The notes under the pieces: generated by a model
What the model was told of the DNA's origin: nothing
What the model saw: only the letters and a program-made list of their open reading frames with translations
Databases searched by the model: none
Assembly: GCA_965221955.1 (NCBI GenBank)
Contig: CBDCTA010000026.1
Coordinates: 31,920 to 95,919 of the forward strand
Direction of reading: 5' to 3'
Source: Gammaproteobacteria bacterium
GTDB lineage: Bacteria; Pseudomonadota; Gammaproteobacteria; UBA4575
Length of the DNA: 64,000 bases
Made by a program: the position numbers and the translations under genes
In this document: piece by piece, positions 42,888-52,937 of the stretch
How the letters are laid out: each line of letters begins with the position of its first letter
Position numbering within the stretch: the first letter of the stretch is position 1

Positions 42888-43356
42888 CATTTAGTAAGAG
42901 GACTCATTGCGTAGTATAGAGTCCTGTATTGTAGAGAACACTCATTAAGGATGCAGTTATAGTAGTAGAGACTGAATGCCTAGCATGCAGTCCAAGCGAA
43001 CTTCGGTTCCGTTTTATGCTCAAATTCGAAGGAAAGATTAAAAATTTGTCTCTGCGGCAAGTTCAGGTAGTTTTTCTCACAAGAATTCAGGAGCTTGCAG
43101 CTCAAAGGGGCACCGAGGATTCGAATCACCTTCTCTCCGCCAGCCAGTCTTGTCTCTTGCAAGAGACGCTAGATGTTGAGCAGAAAAGGCCTATTTCTGC
43201 AGGGATTTGCGAAAAGAAAAACCTGCAAGGGGAACCCTACATTTCGTATTTGCCCACATTTCTTCCAAAAGTCTCTTTTGTGAATTTCGCGGTGCCCCTT
43301 TGGGTTAGCTATTGATTGGGTTAACTATAGCTTTATTCAGTTTTATTTACCTTGAG
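42888..43356 (+). repeat. Junction repeat copy 1: right end + tRNA-Ser 3' fragment + left end
   Basis: Closely similar to 43883-44299; the distal part also matches 37473-37720. Confidence 0.92.
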
Positions 43357-44137
43357 AATGTCCAATTACGGCTAAAAGCGGACATTAGTATTTTTAAGTG
43401 TGTGGTATTTTTTTAGTTAAAAAAACCTACAAATTATCCCTTAAACCAAGTTCTTACTAGCATTCATTTATAGATATATCCGAAATATAGATTTCGGAGA
43501 TATATTCGCTCGCCTTTTATTCAAAAGGTCTTGAATTAACTTGTTTTATAAGGATAAGTTTCAATGAGATATGGGCCTAACGCTAAAAAAGAATTTCAAA
43601 AAATGATTGAAAAAGCTTGTAAAGATAGCCTTGTTACACCAAAAGAACTACTAAAGGAACTTGTAAGTTCTGGATATAAACATTTTTATGACTTGGAAAT
43701 CACTTTAGATGATTTAAAGGCAGTGTGTGAAGATCTTGAAGATAGCAAGGAAATTGCAGAGCTGTGGAGTCATAAAAGCGGTGTAAGAACAGATTATGAA
43801 ATTAGTGATTGAAATAGAAATATCTGACCACTACATAATCACTCCCTCAAATAAGTTAATGTCCGCTTTGGGTCGTAAGCGATATTTAGTAAAAGGACTC
43901 TTTGCGTAGCAAAGAGTCCTGTATTGTAGACAGCTCTCATTAAGGATGCAGTTATAGTAGTAGAGACTGAATGCTTAGCATGCAGTCCAAGCGAACTTCG
44001 GTTCCGGTTTATGCTCAAATTCGAAGGAAAGATTAAAAATTTGTCTCTGCGGCAAGTTCAGGAAGTTTTTCTCACAAGAATTCAGGAGCTTGCAGCTCAA
44101 AGGGGTACCGAGAGTTCGAATCTCTTTCTCTCCGCCA
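43143..44137. mobile_element. Integrase-less mini unit 2 (995 bp, one cargo gene)
   Basis: Left end, hairpin 43357, 82-aa ORF, hairpin 43858, right end, tRNA-Ser 3' copy 44103-44137. Confidence 0.75.
43564..43812 (+). CDS. Hypothetical protein, sole cargo of unit 2
   Basis: AGGA RBS, 82-aa charged ORF between hairpins. Confidence 0.6.
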   Translation: MRYGPNAKKEFQKMIEKACKDSLVTPKELLKELVSSGYKHFYDLEITLDDLKAVCEDLEDSKEIAELWSHKSGVRTDYEISD

Positions 44138-44299
44138 ATCAGTCTTGTCTCTTGCAAGAGACGCTAAATGTGGTGCAGATAAGGCCTATTTCTGCAGGGA
44201 TTTGCGAAAAGAAAATCATGCAAGGGGCACCGTCCATTTCTTTTTTTGCCCTCAATGCTGCCAAAAGTCTCTTTTGTGATCATCAAGGTGCCCCTTTGG
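43883..44299 (+). repeat. Junction repeat copy 2 (left end truncated at the tRNA-Met remnant)
   Basis: Matches 42888-~43303. Confidence 0.92.
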
Positions 44300-44303
44300 C
44301 TTT

Positions 44304-44381
44304 GGCTATTCAAATGTATATTGGTAGAGCACTGTCTTCATAATGCTGGGGTCGGTGGTTCAAGTCCACCCATAGCCACCA
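44304..44381 (+). pseudogene. Degenerate tRNA-Met(CAT) / att remnant
   Basis: GGCTAT...ATAGCC-ACCA acceptor, intact T arm GGTGGTTCAAGTCCACC, CAT loop; D arm and anticodon stem mispaired. Confidence 0.75.
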
Positions 44382-44606
44382 CTTTCGAAACTAACTAATT
44401 GTTTTTATTAAAACGCATTGGGCGATCGCAACGCTTAATTTCTTTTTTGTGCACAACAAAGCACAACGAGTCCGTCATAAGTCCGTCAGTAAGAACTTAT
44501 AAAAATTGATAACGATCCAATATACTCAGCTGACTGTAAATAACGCATGTGTTTGAAACGTAAGATCGAAATGGAAATTCAATGCTACTTTGTAAAGTAG
44601 TAATGC

Positions 44607-46309
44607 TTAAAATAATCCTCGGATGTCTCCAGATTCGGTATCAATATCGATATGCCTAAAAGCGGGATCTGAAGCAGTCCCTGGCATAAGTTTCAAACTA
44701 CCTGTCACAGGAACCAATAAACCTGCACCGGCATATATAAGAATGTCTCGAATAAATAAGCGCCAATTCTCAGGTCTACCTTTTTTATTCGGATTGTCAC
44801 TAAGGCTTAGAGGAGTCTTAGCTATGCAAACATGAAACTTCCTAACGGCTTTATCTTGATTAATGTGATGTAATTTTTCTTTGGCAGTTGGTGTATAGGA
44901 TATATCTTTAGCGCCATAAATCTCTGTTGCAATGGTTTTGATCTTTTCTTCAACAGAAATATTTTCAGGATATAAACAGTGAAAGTCTGCTTCTGTATTG
45001 CATGCATCGATTACTGTTTCAGCAAGTTCGAGTGAACCTTCACCACCTTGTTCAAAGTGTTTAGAAACCGCGAATTTTATACCTGCCTGTTGGACAGCTT
45101 TCTTCACGTGATCTATTTCTTCATCATGGTCAGTCGTGAAATGGTTTAGACAAACCACTGGTGAAATGCCACATTTATTGATGATATCTATATGCGCCCA
45201 TAAATTTTCAAGACCTTTTTCTAATAAGCTTAAATTCTTTTGTGTATATTGATCACTTAAAGGTTTACCAGGCTTAACTGGAGGACCACCTCCATGCATT
45301 TTGAGAGAGCGTATGGTAGCAACTAGTACAATACAATTAGGAGCAAGCCCACTTAGTCGATATTTAATATTCCAAAATTTTCAAAACCTATATCGGCCCC
45401 AAATCCACTTTCTGTCACATGGTAATCGGTAAGCTTTAAACCAACTTTGTCTGCGATAATGGATGATTGACCTAATGCTATATTTGCAAAAGGTCCGCAA
45501 TGTACAAGCAGTGGTTGACCTTCAAGAGTTTGTAATAAGTTTGGCGCGATTGCTTTAGATAACATTGCAGTCATTGCGCCATCGACTTCTAAATCTTTTG
45601 TTGTAATAGGTGTGTTATCTTTAGAGTACGCGACTATCATCTTTGAGATGCGTTCACGCATATCCTTCATACTCGTACAAATAGATAAAATAGCCATCAA
45701 CTCAGAAGAGACGCTTATTTGGAATCCGCTTTGCAGCATAAAGCCATCGGTTTTATCGCCTATACCTATAATAATTTCTCGCAGAGATTGCGCGCATAAA
45801 TCGATAGCCCAATTTATAGAGAGATTTCTTGGATCGATGTTAAGTCGCTTAAGGTGTTTATGTTCTAGAGTTTGATCAGAATAATTAAATTCATGTTGAA
45901 GACGGCTAGTAAGTGCAACCATTCCAAGATTATGCGCATTGGTGATTGCGTCGAAGTCTCCAGTTAAACCAAGACTAAATTCTGAGAGAGGCACGCAATG
46001 CGCTAATCCACCACCTCCAGCAGAACCTTTAATGTTAAATGTGGGACCACTTGAAGGTTGGCGAATCGCGCCAGTAACTTTCTTATTCAATTTGCCTAAA
46101 GCTTGGATCAAGCCAATTGTGGTGGTGGTTTTTCCCTCGCCAAGAGGCGTAGGCGTAATCGCAGTTACATCAATATATTTGCCAATAGAAGATTGTTCGC
46201 GTCTTTTGAGTATTTTTGAGTGATCTAATTTTCCTATGTGATGTCCATAAGGAATATATTCTGTTTTATCTAAGCCAAGTTCATTGGCAAGTTGGTCTAT
46301 TGTTTTCAT
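44607..46309 (-). pseudogene. fhs: Formate-tetrahydrofolate ligase, one frameshift at ~45380
   Basis: TPTPLGEGKTTT, GPFANIA, TESGFGAD, IAKTPLS, MPG; one missing A in GAAAA restores FEKFWNIK. Confidence 0.92.
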
Positions 46310-46344
46310 TGATGAAGCGTATGTTGAAAGTAAATTCTGACGCC

Positions 46345-46358
46345 TTGATTTAAATCAA
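46345..46358. promoter_or_regulatory. FNR box (perfect)
   Basis: TTGAT-TTAA-ATCAA in the fhs divergent promoter region. Confidence 0.7.
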
Positions 46359-46529
46359 TATCAGCTAAGACATGTTCAAGTATTATTTTAAGTCGCTAAA
46401 ATAATAAGTACATTTCTTCATGAAAAAATCTACTACAACTGTTCGCAATGCTTTGTTATTACTAGCATGCATTATTGTATTTCTTGTTTGTGCAGCTATC
46501 ATTGCTCGTTCACTTGGATAAATAATTTT

Positions 46530-47038
46530 ATGAAACGACTTTGTTTTCTCTCACCAGACCTTGAGCATGCCAAAACGGTCATTCAAGATTTAAAGGATAA
46601 TGATATTAAGGAAAAGCATATCTACACGATTGCAAAATCAGGTACACCCTTGGGAGATTTGCCTGATGGGGTCCAGACGATGATGATTTTCTACCTGCAT
46701 TTGAGCGCGGTGTGGCACTAGGTGGTGTGACTGGTATATCTTTAGGTCTTGTTGCAATGGCATTTCCTCCTGCAGGACTCGTAGTAGGAGGAGGGGCTAT
46801 CTTGTTAATAGGCCTCATGGGGGCGAGTGTAGGGGGATTGCTTACGGGTATGGCGGGAGCTGCCTTTCCTAGTTCACGTCTCGAAAAATTTGAAAGTGAA
46901 ATCGATGCGGGAAAAATACTTATTATGGTAGATGTGCCTGTTGATCGGGTCGAACATTTCAATCGACTTATTAAAGATTTTGACCCTGAAATTGAGATTG
47001 AAGGAATAGAACCACCAGCTCACTTAATTCCTAAATAA
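46530..47038 (+). pseudogene. DUF1269-like membrane protein, frameshift at G run ~46670
   Basis: Joining the two ORFs gives MKRLCFL...PDGGPDDDDFLPAFERG, Gly-rich TMs, then FESEIDAGKILIMVDV. Confidence 0.7.
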
Positions 47039-47091
47039 ACATACTTGAATATCGTTCAAATTGTTTGCATATATAATAGCCAACATAAAAA

Positions 47092-47325
47092 ATGCCAAGC
47101 GAATTTGAGCATGTTGAAATTCTTATTCTAGAAGATCTGAGTCTTTCACAACGTTCAATGCTCATTGCAAAACTCGACCATGAAAGAGGGATTATCCAAG
47201 CATGGTTTGATCCTGAGAACCATCACCACCTTATTGTCGAGTATGGGCGTGATCATTTTAGCCATCTTACGTTATTAGATTTTATTAAATTACATGGATT
47301 TCATGGAAAGATTGTGAAAATTTAA
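47092..47325 (+). CDS. Small HMA-fold-like protein without CxxC
   Basis: Pattern GI..AWF...HHHLIVEY.......LL..I...G. Confidence 0.55.
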   Translation: MPSEFEHVEILILEDLSLSQRSMLIAKLDHERGIIQAWFDPENHHHLIVEYGRDHFSHLTLLDFIKLHGFHGKIVKI

Positions 47326-47377
47326 TTTTGTATTCACACAAGAGATCTAAATATTGGTGAATATTAAACTACATAAG

Positions 47378-47740
47378 CTAAGTTTCGACTTCATCTTTAG
47401 GATTCGGAAGCCCTGCTAATTTGCAAAGCATGCGAATTGGCCCATGTGGAAATAGTTCATACAGAAAAGTTTTATAGCTCTCCTCATCAGAAAACTTTTT
47501 GTTCTCAAGTTTTGCGCGACTAGCAAGCAGCTTATGCATGCTCGGATGTGTCATATGCATTTCATAGTATTCTCTAAAGAAGCTGATTAGCTCCCATCCA
47601 GTTTCAGTAATCGGTTTATGTCCTTCAGATACATGCTGTTTTATTATTTGCTCCGCAACTTGTTCATCCCAATCATCTGGGGTAATTAGATAACCTTCAT
47701 TATCAGTTTCAATAATTTTATTATTTACTTCAATAGACAT
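47378..47740 (-). CDS. DsrC/TusE family protein lacking the C-terminal Cys
   Basis: TDNEGYL...DW, LFP.GP, CKLAGLP.P; ends KDEVET. Confidence 0.85.
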   Translation of the reverse strand: MSIEVNNKIIETDNEGYLITPDDWDEQVAEQIIKQHVSEGHKPITETGWELISFFREYYEMHMTHPSMHKLLASRAKLENKKFSDEESYKTFLYELFPHGPIRMLCKLAGLPNPKDEVET

Positions 47741-47818
47741 CTATCTGCTCCTTCTAATTGCTTCTTATTTCAATTTAGTGAACTAATATAAGAATAAATT
47801 TATTTATTTGTAATTCAT

Positions 47819-48277
47819 TTAGTGCTTAAAGCTGTTACCACACCTACGCCCAAGTCCTCGTCCATTTCGCGGCATACTCTCGCGTTCGACACAACGTTCA
47901 AAGGCCGGCAGGTGGTTGTCACGTGAGGCAGCTTGCAAACATTGCAAAACTTCTAATACATCAGGAAAATCAGTGGCGTTGATTAGTCGCTCATACATAG
48001 CGATGTTTTCAATTTCTCCCGCTACACCATCTTCACACGCTTTTAATAGGTCAGAATGAATTAGTATTCGATCAAGATCTGGTTCTGGAGGTACTGAAAT
48101 ATTGTATTTTTCATAAAGCGGTAACAGCATTTCTATATGTGCTTGTTCAGATTCAACGATATTAATAAAGGGACGCACTGGACCGAATTTATTGATAACT
48201 TTTCGGTACGTGTCTCTGGCATTGTATTCGTCCATTAAGGCCTCATTGAGTACTTTTGCTAATGTGTTTTTATTCAT
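47819..48277 (-). CDS. Ferritin-like (DUF2202-like) protein
   Basis: DEY.A...Y, PF.NI..SE..H, EIENIAMY, S..NHLPAF. Confidence 0.8.
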   Translation of the reverse strand: MNKNTLAKVLNEALMDEYNARDTYRKVINKFGPVRPFINIVESEQAHIEMLLPLYEKYNISVPPEPDLDRILIHSDLLKACEDGVAGEIENIAMYERLINATDFPDVLEVLQCLQAASRDNHLPAFERCVERESMPRNGRGLGRRCGNSFKH

Positions 48278-48292
48278 TATCTATTCTCATTT

Positions 48293-49040
48293 CTAGTTTG
48301 TATCTAATATTTTTAATAATAAAAGAAGCGATATACCAATAATAAAAAACAAAAAACTAATAAAGTTTTCTTTTAGGTTGCCATGTTTATTGATTTCAGG
48401 AACGAGATCAGATGCTGCAATATAGATAAAATTTCCAGCAGCAAAAGGTAAAAGAAAGGCAACATCAAATTTTGTTGATGCACTATATGCAATTAATCCA
48501 CCAATGAGGAATGTAAAGCCAGAAAAAAAATTAAACAATAAAGCGCGATTTTTTTTAAAACCACCGTGAATTAGAACTCCAAAATCCCCAAGCTCCTGTG
48601 GTATTTCATGAGCTGCAGCGGCAATCCATGTGGTTATTCCAATACGAATATCTATTAAAAATGCGCCTGCAACCGCCATGCCGCCAATAAAATTATGGAG
48701 GCCATCACCTAATAAAATGAGGTAGGTAAGTGGCTGTTTACATTCAGAGGATGCTTTATGGCAATGATGCCAATGTAGGAATTGTTCTAAAATAAAAAAT
48801 ACTGTAAAGCCAATAATGACCCATATAAATGTAGAAATTTGAATTCCATCTGTCTCGAGCGTAGCCGGAATCATATGAAAGGAAAGCGCCGCCTAGTAAG
48901 GAGCCCGCAGATAGAGCTACTAAATGTAAGATAACTTTATCTAAAGTGCTCTGTTTGATGAACAGAGTTACACTGCCAATCAACGCGATGGAGCTCATTA
49001 ATATACCGCCGACGATAATCCATGTAAGTGGATTCGTCAT
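48293..49040 (-). pseudogene. ZIP family metal transporter, frameshift ~48880
   Basis: GDGLHNF, HEIPQELGDF, GNFIYIA; N-terminal half in another frame. Confidence 0.88.
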
Positions 49041-49091
49041 TTAGTAACTTCTAAATAAGTTGATATCTTTTGCAAAGACAACTAAAAACTT

Positions 49092-49670
49092 TCAAGCAGC
49101 TACGGTAGTAGTAGATGGGATGCTGTAAATTTTCGGGTCGTAGGCAGCATGCTTGGATAGGATCTCCATTGCTTGTTTCTCATGATCCTCATCGCGTGTT
49201 CTTACAAATAAAACAAGACGACCACGATCTACTTGTTCCTCGAGATACTCAGCATGACTTTGATGAATTAGCGAGCCTATCACTGCTCCAATACCGCCAA
49301 TTACAGCAGTAGTTGCTGCAGCTGTTATCAGTGCACCACCCAATACACCCGCGGTAGCCACTATTGCGCCTCCTGCAACAGCAGCCCCAGTTATAAACAA
49401 GGTGCCAAATAGGGCATGAGGTACATCACCGATAGATTCTTTAGCAACAAAGGCAGTTTGAGGTGCATCTGGACTATCTATATCTTTATTTACTTCTTCA
49501 TATATATGTCCCAGTTTCTCTTTCACGGTGAAGTCACCTGCTAGAAGACCTAGCTCTTCATTTTTAAACCCTGCAGCTTTGAGGTCCTCAACCGTCTCCT
49601 CAATTTTCTCAACTTTAAAAAAGATACCCACTGCTTCTCGAATATCGGCTGATTGTTTATCGTTTTTCAT
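49092..49670 (-). CDS. Membrane protein, general-stress-protein-like
   Basis: EAVGIF...L..AGF, Gly/Ala-rich TM hairpin, G.LVLFVR. Confidence 0.7.
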   Translation of the reverse strand: MKNDKQSADIREAVGIFFKVEKIEETVEDLKAAGFKNEELGLLAGDFTVKEKLGHIYEEVNKDIDSPDAPQTAFVAKESIGDVPHALFGTLFITGAAVAGGAIVATAGVLGGALITAAATTAVIGGIGAVIGSLIHQSHAEYLEEQVDRGRLVLFVRTRDEDHEKQAMEILSKHAAYDPKIYSIPSTTTVAA

Positions 49671-49860
49671 TTTTATGATCCCACCTTTTCAATTGTGAAG
49701 ACTGCCTGAATTACAGAATCAAATCTTGGTTTTAATCAAAATTAGCATAATTTAGTAAAGTCAAGGTTGCTTGATATGGGTCAACTTTTTTTCATATATC
49801 TAAAATAAAATTTGACGTTTAGGGTTTCACATAATCATATGCATATATCGGAGAGAAATA

Positions 49861-50346
49861 ATGACAGCAATAACAGCAACTAAAATAGATATTGGTATCA
49901 ATGAAGAAGATCGCATAAAAATAGCGGAGGGATTAAAACGATTGCTAGCTGACTCCTATACCCTTTATTTACAGACACATAACTTTCATTGGAATGTAAC
50001 AGGGCCTCAGTTTCATGAATTACATATTATGTTTGAAGACCATTACACGGAATTAGCTGTAGCTGTGGATGATATCGCTGAGAGAATACGTACACTTGAT
50101 ATACCTGCACCTGGAACCTATTCAGAATTTTCCAAGTTAAGCTCAATTAATGAAGTCGAGGGCGTACCTTCAGCTAATGAAATGGTGAATTTATTAACGA
50201 GTGGGCATGAAAAAGTAGTTAAAACATGTCGGAGTGTTTTAAAAGTCGCTGAACAAGCTGATGATGAATCTACGGCAGCGCTTGTATCGGATCGTATGCG
50301 AATTCATGAAAAAACAGCTTGGATGTTAAGGGCTATAAACCAATAA
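49861..50346 (+). CDS. dps: Dps DNA-binding ferritin-like protein
   Basis: [29 protein letters not shown]. Confidence 0.96.
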   Translation: MTAITATKIDIGINEEDRIKIAEGLKRLLADSYTLYLQTHNFHWNVTGPQFHELHIMFEDHYTELAVAVDDIAERIRTLDIPAPGTYSEFSKLSSINEVEGVPSANEMVNLLTSGHEKVVKTCRSVLKVAEQADDESTAALVSDRMRIHEKTAWMLRAINQ

Positions 50347-50437
50347 ATTTTATATTGTTGAATTTATGGCGACTTTTTGGTCGAACAGGACAAAAATTAA
50401 AGGGTAACAAGTTGGGTTCGACGAATAACACTTCTAT

Positions 50438-51077
50438 AATGACTGCTCACAACCAAAAGCGGACGTTTAAACAAGCTCTATCAAATAATCAATAAATGTT
50501 ACAAGTAAATTCTTTGATAGATGATGGCGTGGAGAAGTAGCAATAGAAACCAAACATTAGGGAAGATTGTTTGGATAGGAATTCCAACTCACCACATTCC
50601 CCACACCTCCATAAAGATAAATCTGTTAGCTGATAGCACCCCACTTACGCCACTTTTTCATTGGACCAGTCTCTGGAGTAGTTGTTTTGTGATAGTTGTG
50701 ACTCTCAGGGTTATTACAATAACCACAGGCTTTGTGCGCTTATAGTTTTCCCATCCTCAGAGAGTTTGCGTATACCACCCCAATATTTACAAGTAGCACA
50801 TTTACCTTCTGTATCAGAGGACATTTCAAAATGTAATCCAGCTTTTGCAGAAGATGAAGCAATACCTCCTGCAGTAGCTAAAGCAAATAAAGCGCCCGTT
50901 TTGCCTAGTAATTCTCTACGATTTATCTTTGTTTTATCCATGGTATCTCCTTGTTCATATACGATAATGGAGACTACAGAAATATTTAAATATAAATTTG
51001 ATTTATATCAATTACGAAGTGTAAGTTAAGTAATTCAAATATTAGCGAATGACCACTATTGGTTGAACGTGGGCATT
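50438..51077 (-). repeat. Two reverse-oriented 30-bp hairpin repeats flanking one gene
   Basis: Reverse complements: 50438-50467 AACGTCCGCTTTTGGTTGTGAGCAGTCATT; 51048-51077 AATGCCCACGTTCAACCAATAGTGGTCATT. Confidence 0.7.
50626..50941 (-). pseudogene. Tat-exported small Cys-motif (HiPIP-like) protein, frameshift ~50725
   Basis: NRRELL Tat motif, CATCKYW; removing one base gives GYCNNP...GPMKKWRKW; perfect FNR box at 50998-51011. Confidence 0.6.
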
Positions 51078-51128
51078 CTGATTATTGGGAGTTTGCGCTA
51101 ATATATAAAAAAGGTTAGGGGCCATGTA

Positions 51129-51972
51129 ATGAGTTTCTCTGTTCTAGTTTGGAACGTCCAGAAATTTAGAGGCGAAAGTCAAAGCCGCATTGATGATGTC
51201 GTTGAGCATATACGAGCTGCTGATCCTGATATCTTTGGGAATTATCGAATTAGAAAAACCCGCTAAAGCTGTTGCCCGTCAACTTATCGTCGAAGAGTTC
51301 ACTGACTACGACTTTGCAATTACTGACTCAAAAAAACAAATAGATTTCCTGATTGGTTGGAAGATCAATATATTTGAACAAATACTCTTTACTCAACGCA
51401 GAGATTTCCAAGAGGGAAACATAAACCTTCGACCAGGAGGTCTCCTAAGCGTCCGACTTCCGAATGAACAGGCATTCCACAATGTTCTCTTCCTCCACAC
51501 TGACAGTGGCAAAACCTTAGAAGAATACAAACGTCGACAAGCGATGTTTAAAAAGATCTGGAGTTTGCGAGGTGCACTTGAAAATCTTCCGGTTCAACAA
51601 GGGGTCGCCCGCTTGGTGGCTTTGGGTGACTTGAATACCATGGGTCGATCTAGAACGAATACATTGCCAACACTTAAAGCTGCAACAGAGATTGATGATT
51701 TACGAGCGGATGCACTTGCGAAGGGGATGCGGGTACTCAGTAAGTCAGCTTCACTTACTTATAGGAGTGCTGGAGGTCATCTTAAGGGGAACTTAGACCA
51801 CGTGCTGGTGAGTAGTGATTTAGATGTAGAGTTATGGACTGATCCTGCGCAAGAGTTTAGTCCGTTTGAGGTTGAAGTTACTGGTTGGAATCTATTAGAT
51901 GAGCCAGAAAGGACGAGTTTTATAGAAGATGTAAGTGATCACTGTGCTTTATTTGTGGAAGTAATTACGTGA
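51129..51972 (+). pseudogene. Endonuclease/exonuclease/phosphatase family protein, frameshift ~51238
   Basis: WNV...DIFGIIE after removing one G; GDLN, LDHV, SDH. Confidence 0.82.
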
Positions 51973-51985
51973 GTTTAGCTGAGTT

Positions 51986-52900
51986 TTATATTTGGATTGC
52001 TTTTTGATGTGTGACCATATTTTTAACAAGAGCAACACCTAAATGATTTTCTATAATTTTGTAGCAATTAGAATTCATTGTAGTATGGGATATTGCAATG
52101 ATGTACATTTAATAGCGCATCTTGTAGTTTTTGATCTTCTTCTAGAACTTCTATATTTAGACCTAAATCAATACATTCTTGTAATTCAACATGTCTATCG
52201 TGTAATTTTTGTTGTGTCACATCAGATAATGAATTAGTTATTCTTTCTGATTTGGCTTCAGCTTCATCGTTATTTTCAAACATACAGTTTTGTAGTTGTT
52301 GCTTTACAAATTGCTTAGCAAGATGAGTCGCGTTGTATGCTTGTTCTAAAAAACCAAGTTGGTATTTTTGTAATATAGGGTGCCAAACTAATGCGCGTGT
52401 TTGATCATTTTTTATTTCGACATGCGCACGTTCAAAGTCATTAATTATAGAATATGCTGAGAAACCACCAATTTGAGGGTCAATTGGGCCAAGGTTGGAC
52501 TGTTTCCCCATTACAATTGATTTGCATGAACAAGCAATCATAGTTCCCAGCCGACATAGCTAATTGCGGGATTAATACACGTATATCATTTCCAAACATT
52601 GAATGTAAATAATTTGTAATCGACTGTGCGGCAGTTAAACCCCCACCAGGTGTATGTAATATGAGATCAAGACCTTTTGTTCTATCCATTTTATGAATTG
52701 CCATCATAAAACCATTTTTATCTTCATCGTTTATCGCCATTTCGGGTGTGTTCGGTTTACTTAACCATCCAGAATAGTACGTAATCACGTTTCTTTTAGT
52801 ATAGTTATGATATGCTTTGAGATACTTTCTACGAACACCATCACTAGGTGAAGTTGGGAATGTATTAATTTCCCTGTAGTATTTGATTCCAGTTAGGCAT
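51986..52900 (-). pseudogene. ClpP-like (SDH/S49-type) serine protease, about three frameshifts
   Basis: MPNWNQIL start, LDLILHTPGG, AMSAG(T)MIA, LGPIDPQ, H.RH, KIIEN. Confidence 0.82.
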
Positions 52901-52937
52901 GACTTTTTAACCTTCAAAATAACTTTGTAAAAAAATT

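Larger units (their letters stand above)
37508..43142. mobile_element. Integrase-less integrated unit 1 at tRNA-Ser
   Basis: Begins with shared left end (37508-~37720), ends with shared right end (~42888-43107) and a 35-bp tRNA-Ser 3' copy (43108-43142). Confidence 0.75.
37722..43886 (+). repeat. Eleven 30-bp hairpin repeats AATGTCCGCT-N10-AGCGGWCATT separating cargo genes
   Basis: Copies start at 37722, 38482, 41058, 41131, 41385, 41468, 42035, 42779, 42862, 43357 and 43858. Confidence 0.9.

Noticed and set aside
37722-43886. CRISPR array or classical integron attC array
   Set aside because: Spacing is irregular (43 nt to 2.5 kb) with whole genes in between, no cas or intI, no RYYYAAC/GTTRRRY ends, and genes occur in both orientations
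37722-43886. Hairpins as simple intrinsic terminators or pdif sites
   Set aside because: No consistent U tract, found at both 5' and 3' gene ends with fixed polarity, and no XerC/XerD consensus
43108-44137. Extra tRNA-Ser genes
   Set aside because: Only the last 35 nt are present, with mismatches; these are att-type duplications
42980-44343. Duplicated ORFs 43016-43315, 44011-44343, 42980-43162, 43975-44157 (and 37572-37754)
   Set aside because: They run through the tRNA fragment and non-coding end repeats on both strands; most likely chance frames
50365-50395. Additional 30-bp hairpin copy after dps
   Set aside because: Only partial resemblance (TTTTGGTCG...GGAC) and the arms do not pair
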